The notes under the pieces are model-generated. The model searched no databases. It saw nothing but the letters and a program-made list of their open reading frames with translations, and was not told the origin of the DNA. A DNA stretch of 64,000 nucleotides from NCBI GenBank assembly GCA_965215565.1, contig CBDCDZ010000004.1:2336001-2400000 (forward strand), in the 5' to 3' direction. Source of the stretch: Trueperaceae bacterium (GTDB lineage Bacteria; Deinococcota; Deinococci; Deinococcales; Trueperaceae). Below are positions 57,619 through 64,000 of this stretch, in pieces; the first letter of the stretch is position 1, and every line of letters starts with the position of its first letter. Position numbers and translations under genes: made by a program.

Positions 57619-59223
57619 CTAACTCTCACCCTCCTCACCCCAGCCGCCCCCGCCCGGCGAGGCAATCACCAAACGGTCTCCGGGCTCCGCCCGAAAACTC
57701 ACTTTGCCCTCGAGCTTTTTCTCCTCACCGTTTCGGTAAAGCCTGTTCTCACCTCTCGCCCCCGCTTGCCCGCCTTGCAGACCATAAGGCGACCGCTTGC
57801 GCCGCTCGCTTAAAATCGTCACGTCGGCAGGCACTTCGAAGGTCAACTCGCGCTCTAAACCGTCGCCCCCTCTCGCTTCGCCTTTTCCGCCAGAATCACT
57901 GCGCAGCCGATACGCTGTAATTCGCATCGGATAGGCGTACTCGAACGCCTCGATGGGCGTATTCAGCGTATTGCTCATGTGCGTGTGGACGCCGGAGAGC
58001 CCGTCCATGTGAGGACGCGCGCCCATGCCGCCACCCATCGTCTCGTAGTAGGCAAACGTCGCACCCGTATGCGAGTCCACACCGCCCGCCGTCACGTTGT
58101 TCATCGTGCCCTGGCTCGCTGCCGGAACTCTCTCGGGGAGCACTTTGGCAAGTGCGCCGAAGACGACATCGGTGATGCGCTGCGAAGTCTCGACGTTGCC
58201 TTGCGCGACAGCGGCGGGTTCTTGCGCGTTTACCACGGTTCCTTTTGGCGCGATAACCTCGACGGGCGCAAACGTTCCGTGGTTCGTCGGCGCGTCCTCA
58301 GGCATGAGACAGCGCACCACATAGTAGGCCGCCGACTTCGCCACCGCCGCCACCGTGTTCACGTTGCCGCGCACCTGAGGGCTACTGCCTGTGAAGTCCA
58401 CGGTGAGGTCGCTTCCTTGTACAGTTAGTTTGACGCGGATAGGGACGACATCATCCGTGACGCCGTCGCTGTCTAGGGCGTCTTCGAAGCTATATTCACC
58501 GTCGGGGACCTCTTCCAAGGCGCTTCTCGTCAAGCGCTCGGTGTAGGCGATAAGTTCGTCCACGTGGGCTCGGACGGTCTCCAGACCCCACCTCGAAACC
58601 AGCTCCTGCAACCGTTTGTTCGCCGTGCGGTTTGTCGCAATCTGCGCGTTCAAGTCCCCGCGCCGCTCGCCTGGCGTACGCACGTTGCGGTAGATGAGCC
58701 CCAACACGCCCTCGTTCGCCTTACCTGCTTCGTAGAGTTTCGTCGGCGGAATGATGATGCCCTCTTGATACAACTCCGTCGCTTTCGGCATCGAGCCCGC
58801 CGACATACCGCCCACGTCCGAGTGGTGGGCGCGGTTCGCGGCGTAGCCGATGAAGACCTTTTCGTTATCCAGCTCCACGTACATCGGCGAAACAACGGTG
58901 ATGTCCGGTAAGTGCGTCCCACCCAAAAAGGGGTCATTAAGCGCCACCACATCGCCCTCGTCCAGCTTGCCGAAAACCTCCACCGCCGCCGTGACCGAGT
59001 CGGGCATCGAGCCGAGGTGCACGGGCATATGCGCCCCCTGCGCAATCATGCGAGCGTCCGCGTCGTAAATCGCGCAGGAGAAGTCGCGCCGCTCCTTGAT
59101 GTTGGGCGAGTACGAGGTGCGTGTCAAGACCGCGCCCATCTCCTCGGCGATGGCGGTCAAGCTGCTGCGAAAGATTTCTAAGCTTACAGGTGTGACTTTT
59201 GGGTCTACTTTCGCTTTGCTCAC
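57619..59223 (-). CDS. Hydantoinase B / oxoprolinase subunit
   Basis: SPNIKERRDFSCA, NDPFLGGTHLPD, HHSDVGG, SPGGGGWG. Confidence 0.95.
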   Translation of the reverse strand: MSKAKVDPKVTPVSLEIFRSSLTAIAEEMGAVLTRTSYSPNIKERRDFSCAIYDADARMIAQGAHMPVHLGSMPDSVTAAVEVFGKLDEGDVVALNDPFLGGTHLPDITVVSPMYVELDNEKVFIGYAANRAHHSDVGGMSAGSMPKATELYQEGIIIPPTKLYEAGKANEGVLGLIYRNVRTPGERRGDLNAQIATNRTANKRLQELVSRWGLETVRAHVDELIAYTERLTRSALEEVPDGEYSFEDALDSDGVTDDVVPIRVKLTVQGSDLTVDFTGSSPQVRGNVNTVAAVAKSAAYYVVRCLMPEDAPTNHGTFAPVEVIAPKGTVVNAQEPAAVAQGNVETSQRITDVVFGALAKVLPERVPAASQGTMNNVTAGGVDSHTGATFAYYETMGGGMGARPHMDGLSGVHTHMSNTLNTPIEAFEYAYPMRITAYRLRSDSGGKGEARGGDGLERELTFEVPADVTILSERRKRSPYGLQGGQAGARGENRLYRNGEEKKLEGKVSFRAEPGDRLVIASPGGGGWGEEGES

Positions 59224-61220
59224 GCCGTTTCTCCAACTTCGATGATGAGGTTCTTGACGGCGTCTACTTTCGCGTGCCAGCCTGGAGGAATTACGGTTGT
59301 GGTGTCGTACTGTGTGACGACGGCGGGACCATCAAAGCGTGCGCCCGGCTTTAAGTCATCACGTTCAAAGATACCTGTTTTCAACCGCTCAACCTCTCCC
59401 TCTTTTTCGAACACAACCTCTTGCACGCTGCTGGGTTCCGCCTCACGCTCCGAGACCTCTTCTGTGGGAAGCTCCGGTTTCTCCGCGCTCGCTTTCGCCT
59501 TCAATCTCGCGTTGACAATTTGCACCCGCTCCTCTTCGTTGCTGTGACCAAAGCGCTGTTCGTGGGCGTCGTGAAAAACCTTTACCGCATTTTTCACATC
59601 GCCTTCATAGGGCACGACCAACTCAAAGGATTGACCCTGATAGCGCAAGTCTAAGAAGGGCTCCAACGCCATCTCCTCATCCGAAAACCCTTCGTGCTCC
59701 AACTCACCTCTTCCCTGTTCGTACAACCCTTCAAACGTCCTCTCGACCTCTTCTTGCGCTTCGTCCGCGGGGCGCATCACGGTCTGCACGTAGTCCTTTT
59801 TCACGTCCGCCGCGAGCATCCCTAATGCGGATAAAACGCCTGCCGCGTTGGGGATAAGAACTTTGGGAATACTTAGAGCGGAGGCGAGTTCGCACGCTTG
59901 AAGCGGTCCCGCCCCGCCAAACGCCGTGAGCGTACATTCGCGCTGGTCCACGCCGCGCTCCACGGTGATGACGCGAATCGCCGCCTCCATGTTCGCATTC
60001 GCCACGCGGACGATGCCGAGTGCGGCGTCTTCGGAAGAGGTCCCCAACCTCTCTGCAATTTTCTCAACCGCTCTTTTTGCTGCCTCTTGCTCGAGCCTCA
60101 TCTCCCCGCCCAGAAAGTTATCGGGTAAGAGCCGCCCCAACACCACGTTCGCGTCTGTGAGCGTCGCCTCCTCGCCCCCGTTGCCGTACGCCGCCGGTCC
60201 CGGCTCCGCGCCCGCCGACTTTGGACCTACGCGGAGCGCCCCGCCCGCGTCGAACCACGCCACGCTGCCGCCGCCCGCCCCAACCGTGTGAATGTCGATC
60301 ATCGGCAGCTTGCAGGGATAGCCGCCTACTTTACCTTCCGTCGTCTCGCTCAGCTCACCGTCAATCAGCGCCACATCCGAAGAGGTGCCGCCCGTGTCGA
60401 AGCTGATGACCTTGTCGAATCCAGACGCGCCCGCCACAAACGCCGCGCCGACGACGCCCGCCGCCGGACCGGACAAGAGGGTGCGGGCGGCGTTTTGACG
60501 CGCCGTTTGGCTCGAGATAGACCCCCCGTTACTCTGCATCACCCGGAAGGGAAGCTTGTTGGGTAGTGCTCCCTCGAGCCGCTCCAAATACCGCCCCATC
60601 ACCGGCGCGACGTAAGCGTTCAGAACGACTGTGCTGGTGCGTTCGTATTCTCTAAATTCGGGGACGACTTCGGAGGAAACGGAGATAGGCACACCTAGAG
60701 ACTTCGCAGCTTTGGCGACCTCTTGCTCGTGTTCAGGATTCGTGAAGCTGAAGAGCAAGCAGATGGCGACAGACTCGACCTCTTCATCTTTCAACGCTTG
60801 GACGGCTTTTTCCAACGACGCTTCATCTAATTCCGTCATCACCTCGCCGCGCTCGTTCAACCTCTCCGTGACCTCGATGCGGCGTTCACGCGGCACCAAA
60901 GGCGGCTCCTTCTCCTGGCGCAAGTCGTAAAGTTTAGGGCGAGTTTGGCGTCCTATCTCTAAAACATCCCGAAAGCCCGCCGTCGCGATGAGCCCCGTTC
61001 GTGCACCTCGGTGCTCCAATACGGCGTTCGTCGCCACCGTCGAGCCGTGGACTAAAGCGTCCAACTCGCCCAGCGTCCCCAACGCCTTTAAGCCCTCTAA
61101 AATCGCTTTAGACGGGTCTTCTGGCGTTGACAGCACCTTGTGAACGCGCAGCTCACCTCTTTCAAACCAGACGATATCCGTAAATGTTCCGCCCGTGTCT
61201 ACCCCGACAAGAACGCTCAC
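59220..61220 (-). CDS. Hydantoinase A / oxoprolinase subunit
   Basis: VDTGGTFTD, HGSTVATNA, SGPAAG, GAGGGS, FGGAGPL. Confidence 0.95.
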   Translation of the reverse strand: MSVLVGVDTGGTFTDIVWFERGELRVHKVLSTPEDPSKAILEGLKALGTLGELDALVHGSTVATNAVLEHRGARTGLIATAGFRDVLEIGRQTRPKLYDLRQEKEPPLVPRERRIEVTERLNERGEVMTELDEASLEKAVQALKDEEVESVAICLLFSFTNPEHEQEVAKAAKSLGVPISVSSEVVPEFREYERTSTVVLNAYVAPVMGRYLERLEGALPNKLPFRVMQSNGGSISSQTARQNAARTLLSGPAAGVVGAAFVAGASGFDKVISFDTGGTSSDVALIDGELSETTEGKVGGYPCKLPMIDIHTVGAGGGSVAWFDAGGALRVGPKSAGAEPGPAAYGNGGEEATLTDANVVLGRLLPDNFLGGEMRLEQEAAKRAVEKIAERLGTSSEDAALGIVRVANANMEAAIRVITVERGVDQRECTLTAFGGAGPLQACELASALSIPKVLIPNAAGVLSALGMLAADVKKDYVQTVMRPADEAQEEVERTFEGLYEQGRGELEHEGFSDEEMALEPFLDLRYQGQSFELVVPYEGDVKNAVKVFHDAHEQRFGHSNEEERVQIVNARLKAKASAEKPELPTEEVSEREAEPSSVQEVVFEKEGEVERLKTGIFERDDLKPGARFDGPAVVTQYDTTTVIPPGWHAKVDAVKNLIIEVGETA

Positions 61221-61329
61221 GCGACACCTCTCGTGTTGATAATTTTCATGTCCACACTATACGGCGTCGTGCGAACGCGCTTAGCCTCGAGCTTTTCAAA
61301 ATGCTATCTTAGCGCCATGCTGCAAATAG

Positions 61330-61440
61330 TAGCAGTTCCACGACATACTGAGACAGTTGAGCGCAAATATCATCCCTCGAAGTGCGTGCTAGACTGTTCA
61401 TCTCTCACTAAGGGTGTTTCTGACCAGATGATACCTGCTA
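61330..61440 (+). mobile_element. MITE-like element, family 1 (111 bp, subfamily b)
   Basis: TAGCAGTTCC..ATACTGAGACAG.TGAGCGCA...GTGCGTGCT...GACCAGATGATACCTGCTA-TA. Confidence 0.83.
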
Positions 61441-61465
61441 TAGTAAAGATAATCTCGAGGACTCC

Positions 61466-62437
61466 ATGCGCTTCGACCTCCCGTTAGAAGAACTCCAAGT
61501 TTATAAGCCGCCGCGCCAAGAGCCAGACGACTTCGATACCTTTTGGCAGCGTTCATTAGAAGAAGCACGTCAGTTCGACCTCAACGCGGTTTTTGAGCCC
61601 GTAGATTACAATTTAGTCACCATAGATACCTTCGACGTGACCTTTTCGGGCTACGGCGGGCAAAGAATCAAGGGCTGGTTTCTACTCCCGAAGCAGCGCC
61701 GCGCACCTCTTCCCTGCATTATCGAGTACATCGGCTACGGCGGTGGACGCGGCTTTCCTACGGACTGGCTCTTCTGGGCGAGCATGGGTTACGCCTACTT
61801 TGTGATGGACACGAGAGGTCAGGGGAGCGCGTGGCGGCAAGGGGATACGCCGGATTTACACGAGGGCTCGAGCCCTCACCACCCCGGCTTCATGACTTTA
61901 GGAGTTTTAGACCCCGAGACGTACTATTATCGCCGTTTATTCATAGACGCTGTACGCGCTTTGGACGCGGTGAAGGAACGCGAAGAGGTCGACTCGAGCA
62001 AACTTATTGTTACAGGTGCGAGTCAAGGCGGCGGCGTTTCACTAGCCGTTGCTGGACTTGTCCAAGAGGTCAGCGCCGTCATGCCCGACGTGCCCTTCTT
62101 ATGTCACTACCGCCGCGCCACTGAGATTACAGATAACACGCCCTACTCCGAAATCGCGCACTTTTGCAAAATCCACCGCGATAAGGTGGAGACGGTATTT
62201 CAAACGCTTAGCTACTTCGATGGGGTGAACTTCGCCTCGAGAGCCAAAGCTAAAGCCCTCTTCTCCGCCGCGCTGATGGACCTCACCTGTCCGCCTTCGA
62301 CGGTTTTTGCAGCGCACAACCACTACGCGGGGGAGAAAGATATTCGCGTTTATCCCTATAACAATCATGAGGGTGGAGAAAGTTTTCAGAGGTTGGAGCA
62401 GGTGAGGTGGTTGAAAGGCGTTTTAAACGGAAAGTGA
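61466..62437 (+). CDS. Acetylxylan esterase / cephalosporin-C deacetylase (CE7)
   Basis: RGQ motif, GASQGGG, D.TCPPST, HEGG. Confidence 0.93.
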   Translation: MRFDLPLEELQVYKPPRQEPDDFDTFWQRSLEEARQFDLNAVFEPVDYNLVTIDTFDVTFSGYGGQRIKGWFLLPKQRRAPLPCIIEYIGYGGGRGFPTDWLFWASMGYAYFVMDTRGQGSAWRQGDTPDLHEGSSPHHPGFMTLGVLDPETYYYRRLFIDAVRALDAVKEREEVDSSKLIVTGASQGGGVSLAVAGLVQEVSAVMPDVPFLCHYRRATEITDNTPYSEIAHFCKIHRDKVETVFQTLSYFDGVNFASRAKAKALFSAALMDLTCPPSTVFAAHNHYAGEKDIRVYPYNNHEGGESFQRLEQVRWLKGVLNGK

Positions 62438-62447
62438 ACTGAAAACC

Positions 62448-62789
62448 TCAAGGCAAGTCACCTATCTCCACGAGGTTTTCACCTGATTCGAGCAGCACCA
62501 AAGCCTTCTCAAACGTCCTCTTCAGTACGAACTTCAGATGGGTATTCGTCGTATTGCCGAGGGTTAGCCAGATAATTTGGGGAGGTGGACCGTACTGCTC
62601 GAGCATCGCAACAAAATCAGCGTCTTTAGTGATGACCACAGCAGACGCTTCCCTAGCAGCTCCAAAAATCACCTTATCTGCTGCGTCTCGGTAGCCGAGA
62701 AATTTAACCGAATAGGCTTCTACGCCGAAGGTCTCAGTGAGCCAAGGTGCTAACGCAGGTGAGAGTTGCGCGTCAATCCAAAAGGTCAC
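62448..62789 (-). CDS. DUF5615 PIN-like putative toxin
   Basis: FWIDAQLSP, ITKDADF, PPQIIWL..GN. Confidence 0.9.
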   Translation of the reverse strand: MTFWIDAQLSPALAPWLTETFGVEAYSVKFLGYRDAADKVIFGAAREASAVVITKDADFVAMLEQYGPPPQIIWLTLGNTTNTHLKFVLKRTFEKALVLLESGENLVEIGDLP

Positions 62790-62799
62790 GCCCGAAAGA

Positions 62800-63036
62800 T
62801 CAAGCTGCGAGCACGGGGTGGTCTAATCTCCGTGACGCGAACATGAGCGAGGCGGTAATATCCTCAGCTTCTAAGTCGGGTAGCTCCTCAAGAACTTGCT
62901 CGTGAGATAGACCAGCAGCCAGCAAGTCGAGCACATCAATGACACGAATCCGCATACCCCTGATGCAAGGGCGTCCTCCGCACTGTTCGGGGTTGATGGT
63001 GATTCGTTTTAGTAGGTGGCTCGAGTCGTTGCTCAT
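62800..63036 (-). CDS. DUF433 putative antitoxin
   Basis: RITINPEQCGGRPCIRGMRIRV..VL.LLA; ATG 63036. Confidence 0.92.
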   Translation of the reverse strand: MSNDSSHLLKRITINPEQCGGRPCIRGMRIRVIDVLDLLAAGLSHEQVLEELPDLEAEDITASLMFASRRLDHPVLAA

Positions 63037-63161
63037 AAAGGTATTGTACGTAATGGCAGAGAAAGAAAACAAGCATTGGAGGTTGGAGCGGGTGAGGGGG
63101 TTAGATGATACGCTATAGCGATACCAAAGTAACTGACAAGCACTACGGGTACACTGATTGC

Positions 63162-63740
63162 ATGAAAAACACCATCATCTATCTTTTGGGTCACGAAGGA
63201 GTTGGTAAATACACCATCGGCAAAGCGCTTGCTGCTTTAACGGGTGCAAAATTGGTGGATAATCACAGTATCAACAATCCAATTTTTAGCGTGATACATA
63301 CGGACGGAAAGAATACCTTGCCATCAGGTGTATGGCACCGAGTAAGACAAATTCGCGCGGCTGTTTTCGAAACGATTGCAACGCTTTCACCTCCCGAGTA
63401 TAGCTTTATCTTCACCAACGCTTCTACAGGGCGACCCAAAGACATCGTGGTTTACAATCAGATACTCGAGATTGCGACCTTACGCTCGAGTCTTTTTGTC
63501 GTGGTGCGTTTGGCTTGTAGCACAGAGGAAATAACCAAAAGAATCGTAAGAGATGACCGAAAAGCTCGCTATAAATCGATAAATGCTGTTGCGGCGAAGT
63601 ACCGTAATGAAAACGAAGAAGTTTACAGCCCACCGCATGAGCATGTATTTGACCTTGATGTTTCAACTTTATCGCCAGAAACCGCTGCAAAAGAAATTGT
63701 AAATTTTGTAAAAGAATGCAGAAAGGCGTCAGTGTTTTGA
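63162..63740 (+). CDS. P-loop small-molecule kinase-like protein
   Basis: YLLGHEGVGKYT Walker A, DNH motif, R....R lid; AT-richer than the genome core. Confidence 0.75.
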   Translation: MKNTIIYLLGHEGVGKYTIGKALAALTGAKLVDNHSINNPIFSVIHTDGKNTLPSGVWHRVRQIRAAVFETIATLSPPEYSFIFTNASTGRPKDIVVYNQILEIATLRSSLFVVVRLACSTEEITKRIVRDDRKARYKSINAVAAKYRNENEEVYSPPHEHVFDLDVSTLSPETAAKEIVNFVKECRKASVF

Positions 63741-63757
63741 CACCTCAAGACGCTCCA

Positions 63758-63982
63758 TCAAGGTTGTGCGACAGGGCGAAGCTCATAAATCTGCCCATAC
63801 CGAGCCGCCGAGTCTAAATCGTTCTGGCGAAGCGCATCTCTCACGTCGTCCAATCTGTACGCATCCTCGACGCTCAAGAGGGGCGACCAACCGGTTTCGT
63901 CCTCAACGAATGTGACTTCAACCTCTGCTACGTATTGCCCTTCGTGCACGTACTTCGTTTTCAGCCGCCGTTTCATCTTCAC
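63758..63982 (-). CDS. Small conserved hypothetical protein (HicB-like antitoxin candidate)
   Basis: HEGQYVAEVEV...WSP.LS.EDAYRLDDVR; start overlaps the stop of an upstream ORF ending GFTKRR at the window edge. Confidence 0.7.
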   Translation of the reverse strand: MKMKRRLKTKYVHEGQYVAEVEVTFVEDETGWSPLLSVEDAYRLDDVRDALRQNDLDSAARYGQIYELRPVAQP

Positions 63983-64000
63983 CGCCTTTTCGTGAAACCT

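Noticed and set aside
131..61440. Repeats interpreted as a CRISPR or other guide array
   Set aside because: Copies are dispersed, not tandem repeat-spacer units; no cas or other effector gene is in the window
1..64000. tRNA or rRNA genes
   Set aside because: No cloverleaf with T-loop and CCA signature, and no rRNA-conserved motifs, seen in the intergenic regions

Overview
GC-rich bacterial chromosome segment. The gene content and codon style suggest Deinococcota, probably Trueperaceae-like (inference). Left third (0.3-20 kb): a surface-glycan region with GT2, four GT4 glycosyltransferases, a UPF0104 flippase-like protein, a HAD hydrolase, an SLC13 permease, cysQ, an ArsA/GET3 ATPase and a TPR protein. 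Middle: mtnN, a LacI-controlled sugar ABC transporter plus debranching enzyme, a copper module (csoR, copZ, Csp3-like), oxidoreductases, hslVU, a CNNM/CBS protein, cobB and pta. Right: a 1204-aa PKD/metalloprotease lipoprotein, an MGDG-synthase-like GT plus flippase, zwf, hydantoinase/oxoprolinase A/B, a CE7 esterase and toxin-antitoxin-like cassettes. I saw no rRNA, tRNA, CRISPR array or intact transposase. The most unusual signal is non-coding. A family of about 110-bp TA-bounded MITE-like elements (7 full copies plus 1 palindromic derivative) and two other repeat scaffolds carry at least three families of 21-25-nt micro-modules. These have constant flanks and compensatory (covarying) hairpin stems, occur in either orientation and are sometimes nested inside each other. 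Also present: an IS630-like N-terminal remnant, heptamer-built inverted hairpins and a strong apparent excess of CTCGAG.
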